Positions 9,863-18,487 of a stretch of DNA of 64,000 nucleotides are shown here, in pieces. How positions within the stretch are numbered: the first letter of the stretch is position 1; every line of letters starts with the position of its first letter. Source of the DNA: a virus (lineage: Duplodnaviria; Caudoviricetes); IMG/VR virus record IMGVR_UViG_2816332589_000001, positions 1 to 64,000 of that record; one strand, 5' to 3'. A model generated the notes under the pieces. It did no database searches. It saw only the letters and a list, made by a program, of their open reading frames with translations, and was not told the origin of the DNA. A program made the translations under genes and the position numbers.

Positions 9863-10738
9863 ATGGCCCGTTACGTCACCTGGAATTTGGATAACGGCGG
9901 CATCGACCGCAACGGTACCGAGGTTCGCCGCCTCGATCAGATCGGTGTCCTCGGCGGCCTCGACCCGAAGCCGGACATCCTGGCCCTCCAGGAGATCACC
10001 GGCTGGCAGCGCGACGACTGGGCCCGCCTGTACGAGCTGGCCAATCAGCTGGGCATGGTGCCCCTGCCCCCGGTCACCAGCCACGTCGGCGACGGCACCA
10101 ACCACCTGGCCCTGCTCTACCGCCCCACCTCGGTCACCGTCCTGGGCTACCAGCAGGTGCCCACCGGCGGCGCCTTCCACCACGGTCTCGCCCGCGCCCG
10201 CGTGATCATCGACGGCACCGAGACCATGATCCTGGCCACCCACCTGTGCCCGTACGAGGGGGACACGCGGCTGCGCGAGGCCCGGTGGATCACCGACTAC
10301 GCCGGTCCCTTCCCCGGGCGCCCGGACAACGCCGTGCTGCTGGGCGACCTCAACGTGGCTGACCGTGGCCCGACCGCCGAAACACCCATCGGCCAGTCCC
10401 CGGAGCCCGACTGGGACCACGACGTACCCCCCAACCTCCAGGCTCGCTACCGCCTCGTCGCCGACGACGAGCGCCAGGGCGGCGCGTTCGGCGACACCGA
10501 CCGCCGCGCCCTGAACGTGCTGTACGCGGCGGGCTGGACCGACCCGCAGGACCTGCTGCCCGACTACCCGCGCCAGGCCACGGTGGGCCACCGCTACGCC
10601 AACGAACCCACCCCCCTGCGCCTGGACCACATCCTCTACGCCGGCCGCCAGATCGACCCGGCCCACTACGCCACCATCGCCAACGAGACGACCCGATCAG
10701 CGTCCGATCACCTGCCTGTCTGCCTCGACACCGCCTGA
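9863..10738 (+). CDS. Endonuclease/exonuclease/phosphatase (EEP) family protein
   Basis: TWN, LQE, THL, GDLN, RLDHI, SDHLPV motifs. Confidence 0.92.
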   Translation: MARYVTWNLDNGGIDRNGTEVRRLDQIGVLGGLDPKPDILALQEITGWQRDDWARLYELANQLGMVPLPPVTSHVGDGTNHLALLYRPTSVTVLGYQQVPTGGAFHHGLARARVIIDGTETMILATHLCPYEGDTRLREARWITDYAGPFPGRPDNAVLLGDLNVADRGPTAETPIGQSPEPDWDHDVPPNLQARYRLVADDERQGGAFGDTDRRALNVLYAAGWTDPQDLLPDYPRQATVGHRYANEPTPLRLDHILYAGRQIDPAHYATIANETTRSASDHLPVCLDTA

Positions 10739-10796
10739 CCCGGCGGCGCCCGCACCACCCATCCATCACCCCTGCTCATCCGCTTACGGAGTCCTC

Positions 10797-11018
10797 ATGA
10801 CCATCCAACAGTCCCTGAGTTGCCGTCCGTTCGCCCTGCGCCTGCTGACGGACCCCATCACCCCGCAGCCCCTCCCCGACCAGGGGACGTACGACCCCCA
10901 GCGCCAGATGAGCGTGACCGCCGACGGCACCCTGCGCATCGCCACCTCCTACGCCCGCAGCGACACCAGCGGCGGATGGACCTCGGCGACCGAGTTGGAG
11001 CGGATCGACTTTTGCTGA
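10797..11018 (+). CDS. Putative ATP-grasp-modified RiPP (graspetide) precursor
   Basis: 73 aa, RPF and YDPQRQ leader motifs, Ser/Thr-then-Asp/Glu core, directly upstream of the ATP-grasp ligase. Confidence 0.8.
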   Translation: MTIQQSLSCRPFALRLLTDPITPQPLPDQGTYDPQRQMSVTADGTLRIATSYARSDTSGGWTSATELERIDFC

Positions 11019-12031
11019 CGCACACCGTGCAGGCCGGGCGGGGACGCCCGGTCTGCATCCTCACCACCGACACCGACTGCACCGCCGACCGCATCGTGTG
11101 GCACCTGGACCGGCTCGGCGCTCCGGTCCACCGCATGGACCTCGCCGACTTCCCTCAGCGCGCCCGCCTCGACGCCGCCTTCCACGACGGCAGGTGGACC
11201 GGATACCTCACCACCGACTACTGGACTCTGCCGCTGGAGGACATCGGCGCCATCTGGTGGTGGCACCCCGGCCGCCCGGACCTGGACCCCACCGGCATGG
11301 CCCCGAGCGAGACCGCCTGGGCGCGAGACGAAGCCCTTGCCGGTCTGGTCGGCGTACTGGCCGCCGTGGACTGCTTCCACCTCAACCACCCCAGCAGCAC
11401 GCGTGCCTCCCAGGCCAAACCCGACGCCCTGCGACAGGCGGCGCGCTGCGGCCTCGCCGTGCCCGCTACCTGGATCGGAAATGATCCGCCGGCCAGCATC
11501 CGATTCACGCAGCAGGCACCCGCCACGGTCTGCAAGTCTCTCGTCGCCCCGCTCCTGACGTACCCCGACGGCACGCGCAGGAGCTTGCACACCACCCCGG
11601 TGACTGCCTCGGACCTCGACACGTCGATCGCCCGGACCGCGCACCAGCTCCAGCAGGCCATCGCCACGCGGTACGCCATACGCCTGACCGTGGTCGGCTC
11701 GCAGATGTTCGCGGCCCGCATCGACGCCCACAGCCCCGCCGCGCAGGCGGACTGGCGCTCCGACTACGACGCCCTCACCTACTCCCACACCACCCTCCCA
11801 GACAGCGTCCGCACCGGCGTACGACGGCTGATGCGCCACTACCGCCTGACCTACGCCGCCATCGACCTCCTGGTCGACGACCAGGGCACGCACTGGTTCG
11901 TCGACCTCAACGCAGCAGGCCAGCACGACTGGATCGGAAAGGAGCTCCCGGACCTGCACATCGCCGAAGCCATCGCGCACCTACTGGCACACGGCAGCGC
12001 CCCCGACCAGCATCTTCTCGAAACCGCCTGA
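11012..12031 (+). CDS. ATP-grasp ribosomal peptide maturase (MvdC/MvdD, SAV_5884-like)
   Basis: DCTAD..V, DLADFP, K..L..A..CGLAVPAT, DWR, YAAID, DLNAAGQ; start uncertain (TTG 11012 or GTG 11027). Confidence 0.88.
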   Translation: MLTHTVQAGRGRPVCILTTDTDCTADRIVWHLDRLGAPVHRMDLADFPQRARLDAAFHDGRWTGYLTTDYWTLPLEDIGAIWWWHPGRPDLDPTGMAPSETAWARDEALAGLVGVLAAVDCFHLNHPSSTRASQAKPDALRQAARCGLAVPATWIGNDPPASIRFTQQAPATVCKSLVAPLLTYPDGTRRSLHTTPVTASDLDTSIARTAHQLQQAIATRYAIRLTVVGSQMFAARIDAHSPAAQADWRSDYDALTYSHTTLPDSVRTGVRRLMRHYRLTYAAIDLLVDDQGTHWFVDLNAAGQHDWIGKELPDLHIAEAIAHLLAHGSAPDQHLLETA

Positions 12032-12119
12032 CCCCGGCTGGTGCCCGGCGGCCCCGCCTCCCCGCGCGCCGCCGGGCACCCCCTCCCCCCCCACCGCACC
12101 ACCCCACGGGAAGCACCCC

Positions 12120-12824
12120 ATGCACACCACCCCAGCCCCAGGGCGCCCGCTCGCCGTACGGGGCGGACTGACCGTCCCGTACGTCACCGCCTGGAGCGGC
12201 GAACGGGACGTATCCTCCGCCGGCCTCGTCATCGCCGACGGCCGACTGCGCTACCACGTCGAAGGGCCCGAAGACCGGGACCGGCGCGGCGGACTGTGGG
12301 AGCGCTGGAGCGGTGACTACGGCGACGGCCAACCCAGCTGGGGCAAAGTCGCCCCCGAGCGCCACCGCACCGCCATGGAACACCTGCTGTGCCAGATCTG
12401 CGCCCACCCCGCCAGCCAAACGAAACTCGGGGTCCTCTTCCTGGCGAGGGTCCGCGCAACCGTGGGCGAGCTGGAACGCAGGATCATCGGCGAGCCGCCC
12501 CTGTGCCTCGGCTGCGCCATCACCGCCCGCGAGCAGTGCCCCCAGCTGCGCCGCGCCTGCACCGCAATGCGAGTCCGCAAATGCGCCCCCTGGGGCGTTG
12601 GCGGCACCGCCTATGTGTCCCGCCCCGGACACCAGTCGGCCCCTCGGCTCGTCGTCGCCGACGCGACAGTGCAACTGGCCTACGGCCACCCGATGCTGCG
12701 GTACGTCCTCGGCAAACAGCTCCTGCGCGAACTGCGCCGCGTCACCGTCGTTGACCTTGACGAAGAAGTGGCGCGGGGGCTGGCCGCGGCTGCGCCTCCA
12801 TCGGCTGGAACGGAGCCCGCGTGA
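12120..12824 (+). CDS. Hypothetical Zn-binding protein
   Basis: VPYVTAWSGE, CQIC, PPLCLGC, CPQL motifs; high GC3. Confidence 0.7.
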   Translation: MHTTPAPGRPLAVRGGLTVPYVTAWSGERDVSSAGLVIADGRLRYHVEGPEDRDRRGGLWERWSGDYGDGQPSWGKVAPERHRTAMEHLLCQICAHPASQTKLGVLFLARVRATVGELERRIIGEPPLCLGCAITAREQCPQLRRACTAMRVRKCAPWGVGGTAYVSRPGHQSAPRLVVADATVQLAYGHPMLRYVLGKQLLRELRRVTVVDLDEEVARGLAAAAPPSAGTEPA

Positions 12825-13423
12825 ATCTCTCCTCCTGGCCACCGCTGCTCGTTGTCGATGTCGAGGGCAACGGCGCCAACCCGCCTGACCTGGTCGAGGT
12901 CGCCGCCCTCCCCGTACGGGCCGGGCGGCCGGATACGAGCACGGCCGGCGCGTGGCTGACCAAACCGCGCCACCCCGTCACGCCCCGCGCTGCCCGCATC
13001 CACGGCCTGACCAACGAACGGCTGGCGGACATGCCGGGCTGGGAGGAGATCGCCGAGCAGGTGCACGCGCTGCTCGGCACGTCGTGGATCTGCGCGCACC
13101 ACGCGCACGTGGACTACAAGGTGCTCTGCGAGCACCTTCCCCGGTGGCAGCCGGCCGGAGTGCTCGACACGCTCCGGCTGGCCAAGGCCACCTACCCCGG
13201 CCTGGCGAAGTACAGCCTCGACGCCCTGATCGACCACGTGCAGCCGGACCTAAGCGCGGCGCCCGGACAGCGCCACCGCGCCACGTTCGACGCCTACGCC
13301 ACGGCGCAGCTGCTCATCACCATGGCCGCCCACTACCGCACCTGGGACCAGCTCGTCGCCGCGGCCGTACCGCCCGGCCTGCCCGGAGCCCCCGAACCCG
13401 AAGAGGAGCCAACCCTATGGTGA
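12821..13423 (+). CDS. DEDDh 3'-5' exonuclease (DnaQ/epsilon-like)
   Basis: VDVE, IHG, AHHAHVD, LDT, HRATFDA. Confidence 0.9.
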   Translation: MNLSSWPPLLVVDVEGNGANPPDLVEVAALPVRAGRPDTSTAGAWLTKPRHPVTPRAARIHGLTNERLADMPGWEEIAEQVHALLGTSWICAHHAHVDYKVLCEHLPRWQPAGVLDTLRLAKATYPGLAKYSLDALIDHVQPDLSAAPGQRHRATFDAYATAQLLITMAAHYRTWDQLVAAAVPPGLPGAPEPEEEPTLW

Positions 13424-14028
13424 AGACATCGAACCTCATCCGCATCGGCGTGATGGGCGCCCCCTCCACCGGCAAAACGCAACTGACGGACCGCATAGAA
13501 AAGACGCTCCGCAGCCGGGACATACCCGTCGAACGCACCCGCTACCTCGGCCACCGCGATGCTCGGGTTCCCCTGCCCCTGAGACAGACGGACCACACGG
13601 TGGAAACTTCCACGTGGGTCATGGCGACCGGTATCGCCATTGAGGTCCTCGCCGCTGCCCGACTCGACGGAAAAGACAAACGCGTCGTTCTCGCCGACCA
13701 AGCCTGCTGGGAAGCGCTCGCCTGCTTCCGCGCCGCGCAGGAGTGGCACGGCCGGACCGCCACCCGCACGGACCGAGAGGCCCTGCACCGGCTCGCATCC
13801 GCCCACACCCCCTACACCCTGCTCCTCGCCACTCACCTCGACCCCGGCCTTCCCACCAGGCGCAGAAACAACTACGACTCCCGCTACCGGTCCCTGGTCG
13901 ATCGCCACATCCACACCCTCCTCGGCGAAGAGGGACTTCCGTACGTACACGTCACCAGCGATGAGAGGGCGCAAAAGCTGGCCATCGAACGCGCCCTTCA
14001 ACTCTGCCTGGCGCAAACACCGGTATGA
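13417..14028 (+). CDS. P-loop NTPase / nucleotide kinase-like (AAA_28-like)
   Basis: Walker A RIGVMGAPSTGKT near the N-terminus. Confidence 0.75.
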   Translation: MVKTSNLIRIGVMGAPSTGKTQLTDRIEKTLRSRDIPVERTRYLGHRDARVPLPLRQTDHTVETSTWVMATGIAIEVLAAARLDGKDKRVVLADQACWEALACFRAAQEWHGRTATRTDREALHRLASAHTPYTLLLATHLDPGLPTRRRNNYDSRYRSLVDRHIHTLLGEEGLPYVHVTSDERAQKLAIERALQLCLAQTPV

Positions 14029-14081
14029 CCCAACATGCCGCCTGACAGCTTCAAGACCACCTCCGCGTAGATACCCCTCTT

Positions 14082-14118
14082 CGGTGGCCCCAGCGCCTGC
14101 GCTGCGCTGGGGCCACCG
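14082..14118. terminator. GC-rich hairpin after the accessory operon
   Basis: CGGTGGCCCCAGCGC...GCGCTGGGGCCACCG 15-bp stem. Confidence 0.6.
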
Positions 14119-14215
14119 GGTGTAACGCCTGACGACGTTACTCCGTCCATAGGACGAGGCCAGCCATTGACGGTCGGCCACGATCTGATGTATCGCCGCC
14201 AGGAGGATTCAGACT

Positions 14216-14668
14216 GTGCCGACGCCAGTCCGCGAAGCCTGCGAGCAGATCGAGCTCGAACTGTTCGCAGACCTTTTCACCAAGTCCGTCAACGACCCCG
14301 AGCCGCCCTCGGTGAGCGAGCCGGAGTTGAGTCTCGCCCACGTATGGATCGTCGCGGCCGAGATCAAGGTGGAAGAGCGCGTGGCCAAGCTCGCGGACTT
14401 CCGTGGCAGCTTCACCACGCACGCAGGGACACGCGTTGATGCCCTGGAGGTGTACTGCCGGGCCTGCCGCCGCCCTTACGAGGACGTGGCCGACGCCGAC
14501 TGCGAAGCGGTCATCGACAACAGGCACTTGATCGGCGGAGACCAAAGCGTCCGCGCGAAGCGAAAGGTCCCCACTCCGCCGCCGAACGCGCGCATCGTTC
14601 CGGGCGAACGCATTCAGCGGCGCGGCATCAGCGCGTACGTCAGCGGTATCTCCCGCCCTGCTCGGTAA
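14216..14668 (+). CDS. Hypothetical protein with CxxC motif
   Basis: RBS AGGAGG, YCRACRRPY. Confidence 0.7.
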   Translation: MPTPVREACEQIELELFADLFTKSVNDPEPPSVSEPELSLAHVWIVAAEIKVEERVAKLADFRGSFTTHAGTRVDALEVYCRACRRPYEDVADADCEAVIDNRHLIGGDQSVRAKRKVPTPPPNARIVPGERIQRRGISAYVSGISRPAR

Positions 14669-14725
14669 CCCGGCGAGCACCGCGTACGCGGTTCATCGCG
14701 AGCACGGCAACGGAGCGGCGCACCG

Positions 14726-15115
14726 TCAGATCACCGACTCCTGTCCCAGCGACCGCATCAGCGACCGGTAGCGCACTACATCCTCACTCGCGGCAGTTTC
14801 CCCCTCATACCGGATACACGCGATGAAGGCGTTCGGGTAGTCGCTGCGGGATTCGCGCCAGTGCGCAGCGTCTTCTACCGCCAACGGGCTCCCCACCCAT
14901 GTGCCCGACACGGCCAGCTCGCTCACCAGGGCTCGCGCCGCATCCTGATCCGGCGCCACCAGCACGAGTTTGTCTCCGTGCCCAGTCAAGGCTCGGTCAG
15001 CGGTCGCATTCCACGCCACCGCCAGGTCGGGGCCTTCCAGCGGCAGCATCACGTACGCGTCCGCCGCGTTCCCCTCCTTGCGCGGCTTGGCTGCCTTCAC
15101 ACGCCCCACAAGCAA
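14726..15115 (-). CDS. Hypothetical protein
   Basis: Protein-like ORF, GGAGG upstream, somewhat lower GC. Confidence 0.55.
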   Translation of the reverse strand: MLVGRVKAAKPRKEGNAADAYVMLPLEGPDLAVAWNATADRALTGHGDKLVLVAPDQDAARALVSELAVSGTWVGSPLAVEDAAHWRESRSDYPNAFIACIRYEGETAASEDVVRYRSLMRSLGQESVI

Positions 15116-15347
15116 ACCTCCGCTAGCTCAACGCTCGTCGCATCCCTTCCAACGAACTGGCACCGCCTCGGTCACCCCCTGCTCCCCCAGCTATCCGTTT
15201 CCCGAGAAAGGGATGCCGTAGGCCCGGCAACCGGGTGACCGTACGGGGTTCACCCGAATGCGGCGGCAGGTGCCGACCACGGTGGGGTAGGCGTGGTAGC
15301 TGGGGGAGTAGGAGCGCGCCGGGCGGCGTTGCGCCGCCTGAGCCCGA

Positions 15348-15374
15348 GACGCAAGCGCGGCCCGTTCCTACGGT
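15348..15374 (+). promoter_or_regulatory. Late-promoter motif GACGCAA-N14-TACGGT
   Basis: One of 15 conserved copies; GTG start 7 nt downstream. Confidence 0.7.
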
Positions 15375-15381
15375 CCGCGAC

Positions 15382-15765
15382 GTGAATCCTCCAACCCAGT
15401 CTCCGTCCCCCGGCCACCGGGCGCCCCGGCGTCGTATCGCGCGCGAACTGTTCGGCCTGTTCCTGGCCGGGACTGGGGCGGTCGGCCTGCTCGGGTCCGT
15501 GATCATCGGCCTGCTCGAAGCCGTGTACATCGCCGCTCCCCTCGTCGTCATGGGGCTGGCGGGCATCATTCTGGCCGCGAGCGGCGGCGCCGTCCTCTAC
15601 ATCTCCCCGCCCCTCCCCCGCGCCGTACGACTCACCTCCGGGTATTGCGCCCTCCTGCTCGGCCTGCTGGTCCTCATCTTCGTCGCTGCCCGCCTCGCCC
15701 CCTGGTCGCTGCTCTTCACGCTCATGCTCGCCGTCGGCGTTGCCCTGAGCAGCGAGGAGGAGTGA
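15382..15765 (+). CDS. Membrane protein (about 4 TM segments)
   Basis: Long hydrophobic stretches; probable leaderless GTG. Confidence 0.7.
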   Translation: MNPPTQSPSPGHRAPRRRIARELFGLFLAGTGAVGLLGSVIIGLLEAVYIAAPLVVMGLAGIILAASGGAVLYISPPLPRAVRLTSGYCALLLGLLVLIFVAARLAPWSLLFTLMLAVGVALSSEEE

Positions 15766-15766
15766 C

Positions 15767-18193
15767 ATGGCACGCCGCCGCTGGCTGCCCGCCCTCCGTT
15801 CACTGACCACCACCCGCCGCGCAACGGAGGAAAAGACGATCACGTGGACCGGGGGCTACACCTCCACCACGTACGCGGGCACCTCAAACATCTGGTCAAC
15901 CGAGGGCCGCGCCGACGGCTGGGACATCGGACGCGTCGTCACCGAGGGCTACGAGCGGGTCGTCTGGGTCTACAAGGCCATCGACACCATGGGCAAGCAC
16001 GCCTCCCGGCTGCCCCTGGAGATCGGTGTCGGCCTGACCGAGAACGGCGAGTTCGAGGAGGTCATCGAGGACCACCCCCTCCTACGCGTCCTCAACGGCC
16101 GCGCCAACCCGGTCGAGACCGGGCCCCAGTTCCGCAAGCGGCTGTCCGCGCAGATCCTCCTCAGCAAAAGGGGCGCGTTCGTGGAGGTCACCCGCTCAAA
16201 CCGCGGCACCATCACCCGCCTCGATCTCCTGCCCCCGGACCGGGTCATCCCCGTGCCCGACCCGCACGGCGAGTACGTCGCGCACTTCGAGTTCACGACC
16301 ATGCACGGCGAAGTGCGTGAGCTCGACCCCGAGCGGGTCCGCTGGATCAGAGACCCCCACCCGACCGATCCGTTCTCCGGCGTCACCCCGCTGGAGGCCG
16401 CGGGCATCAGCGTCGAACTGGACCACCTGAGCCGCCTGTACAACGTCAGTTTCATCAAGAACGACGCGCGCCCCGGCGGCATCGTCGCCGTGGACACCTC
16501 TTCGCTGAACGAACGCGAGATGGACCGGCTGGAGTCGCGGTTCCTGCCCGGCAGCGAGTTCGCCGGCCATGTGTCCGTCATTGGCTCTGGCGACATGAAG
16601 TACGTGGACTTGGCCGCCCGCCCCCGGGAGATGGCGTACGAGCACGCCGCAACGAACGCCAAGATCGAGATCCTGGGCGCCTTCGGCGTGCCCGAGTCCG
16701 TGACCGGCAACGCGTCCGGCCGGACCTTCGACAACGCCGAGCAAGAGGAATACGGGTTCTGGATTCACACCGAGCTGCCGCACCTGGAGCTGATCAGCAA
16801 CGCCTTCGCCTCCGACCTCGGCGGTCTCGACCGTGCGATCCGCTTCGACACCTCCACCGTCGAAGCCCTGGAACTGCCGCGCCGTAAGCGTCGCACCGAG
16901 GCCCGCGAGGAATGGAACGCCGGGCTGATCAGCGCCGACGAATACCGGCGCCGCGCCGGGCTGCCTGCCTTCGACAATCCTCACACCCGAGCCCTGTGGA
17001 TCAGCCCGCAGAAGGCGCCCGTCCCGGCCCGGCCCGAGGACGCCGCCGCGCTCGGCATCCAGGGGGCCGCAGGCCCCGGTGCGCCGGGCGGGCAGCTCCC
17101 GCCCGTGCCGCCGCCTGGTGCCGACCCCAACGCCCCGATCCCCGAGGCGGACACGGTCGGCGGAGACGCCGCGGCCGTCGTGGCGCAGGCCCGGACGGAA
17201 GGCGGCCAGCCGGCCGGGCCCGGCGCCGCCGCGGCGGCAGTCGCCGACGCGCGCACCACCAAGGAGACCGGCGGACCGGGCGCTGCTGCCGCAGCCGTCA
17301 CGGCCGCGCGTGAGGAAGACGAGGAGACCGGCCCCGGCGAGGCGGCAGAGGCCGTGGCCGAGGCCCGCGGCCTCCAGGTGAAGGCCCTGCCCGCCGGTAC
17401 AAGCGACACCTTCGAGGTCACCGACAACGACTTCGACCAGGCACAACAGGCCGTGTCCACCGCGCTCGCGCCGATCTTCGACCGGGAAGAGGGCGTGATC
17501 ATCGCCCGCCTGCGGTCCCCGAAGACCCGCAAGGGCACCCCGTTCTGGAAGGACGACGGCCCCACCGACACCCGCGGCGGAACCGGCACGCTCGACACGG
17601 ACCGCATCGTCGGAACAGACCGGTGGTTGGAGGAGATCGACGCCACACTCGCCCGGGTCCTGGCCGGCGTCGCGCGCACCGCAGCGCACCGCACGGCCGC
17701 GGCGTTCGGTGCTTCCGAGCCGCCCGCCCGCGCCTCCGGGCCCACGGCAGCCGCCGTACTCGATGCGGTGGCCGCCGCCGAGGAGGTTGCCCGCGGCTTC
17801 CTCGCGTCCCTGGCCATGCTCCTCGACCAGGCGCAGGCCGTCACCACCGACGTGGACGACCTGGTCGCGCTCGTGCGCAGCACGTTCACCGACCTCGGCG
17901 CCCAGGCCGCCGCGAACATCGCCGAGGCCACCGCGGTTGCCACCGTCAACGGCGCCACCGAGGCGACCGCCGCAGCGATCGGCCCCGGCATCGTGCGCAC
18001 CTGGACCACCCGGCGTGACGACCACGTGCGGGCCGTACACGCCGCCGTGGAAGGCGTCACCCTGCCCGTCGGCCAACCGTACGACGTGGACGGCTTCCCC
18101 ATGCGCTTCCCCGGCGACCAACTCGCCCCCATCCACCTGACCGTCAACTGCCGCTGCCGACTGCGCTACACAACTGAAGGAGACACGCCGTGA
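15767..18193 (+). CDS. Phage portal protein fused to a Mu gpF-like minor head domain
   Basis: HK97-like portal motifs (HPLLRVLN..NP, G.TPLEAA, NDARPGG, I.GAFGVP); C-terminal WTTRRDDHVRAVH...NCRC. Confidence 0.9.
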   Translation: MARRRWLPALRSLTTTRRATEEKTITWTGGYTSTTYAGTSNIWSTEGRADGWDIGRVVTEGYERVVWVYKAIDTMGKHASRLPLEIGVGLTENGEFEEVIEDHPLLRVLNGRANPVETGPQFRKRLSAQILLSKRGAFVEVTRSNRGTITRLDLLPPDRVIPVPDPHGEYVAHFEFTTMHGEVRELDPERVRWIRDPHPTDPFSGVTPLEAAGISVELDHLSRLYNVSFIKNDARPGGIVAVDTSSLNEREMDRLESRFLPGSEFAGHVSVIGSGDMKYVDLAARPREMAYEHAATNAKIEILGAFGVPESVTGNASGRTFDNAEQEEYGFWIHTELPHLELISNAFASDLGGLDRAIRFDTSTVEALELPRRKRRTEAREEWNAGLISADEYRRRAGLPAFDNPHTRALWISPQKAPVPARPEDAAALGIQGAAGPGAPGGQLPPVPPPGADPNAPIPEADTVGGDAAAVVAQARTEGGQPAGPGAAAAAVADARTTKETGGPGAAAAAVTAAREEDEETGPGEAAEAVAEARGLQVKALPAGTSDTFEVTDNDFDQAQQAVSTALAPIFDREEGVIIARLRSPKTRKGTPFWKDDGPTDTRGGTGTLDTDRIVGTDRWLEEIDATLARVLAGVARTAAHRTAAAFGASEPPARASGPTAAAVLDAVAAAEEVARGFLASLAMLLDQAQAVTTDVDDLVALVRSTFTDLGAQAAANIAEATAVATVNGATEATAAAIGPGIVRTWTTRRDDHVRAVHAAVEGVTLPVGQPYDVDGFPMRFPGDQLAPIHLTVNCRCRLRYTTEGDTP

Positions 18194-18402
18194 GCTGGCT
18201 CATATGGACCCTGTGGGTCGCGTTCTTCGCCATCTACGAGGGCCTGACCCTGGCGAACAAGAAGAAGGGCGACACCCTCAGCGAAAACTTCCGGAAGCTC
18301 TTCCGCACCGAGCACTCCAAGACGGGCCGGGCCATCTTCACCGTCGGCTGGTCCGGCTTCGCAGCATGGTTCCTCCTGCACATCCTCACCCAGGCGATGT
18401 GA
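18190..18402 (+). CDS. Small membrane protein
   Basis: Two hydrophobic segments flanking GDTLSE; GTGA overlap. Confidence 0.7.
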   Translation: MSWLIWTLWVAFFAIYEGLTLANKKKGDTLSENFRKLFRTEHSKTGRAIFTVGWSGFAAWFLLHILTQAM

Positions 18403-18452
18403 GCTCGTCCGGGGCCGTCTGACCTGCACGGCGGCCCCGGGCGGGAGGCCGC

Positions 18453-18480
18453 GACGCTAACCACTCCGGGTGTGCATGGT
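18453..18480 (+). promoter_or_regulatory. Late-promoter motif GACGCTA-N15-CATGGT
   Basis: Conserved copy; ATG 18488 7 nt downstream. Confidence 0.7.
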
Positions 18481-18487
18481 CCGCTCC

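Noticed and set aside
14134-14161. GACGTTA as a sixteenth late-promoter copy
   Set aside because: No NANNNT hexamer at the 14-15 nt spacing
16196-18136. 646-aa minus-strand ORF, and similar long antisense ORFs over tape measure and tail genes
   Set aside because: Shadow frames expected in high-GC DNA; the + strand genes carry clear family motifs
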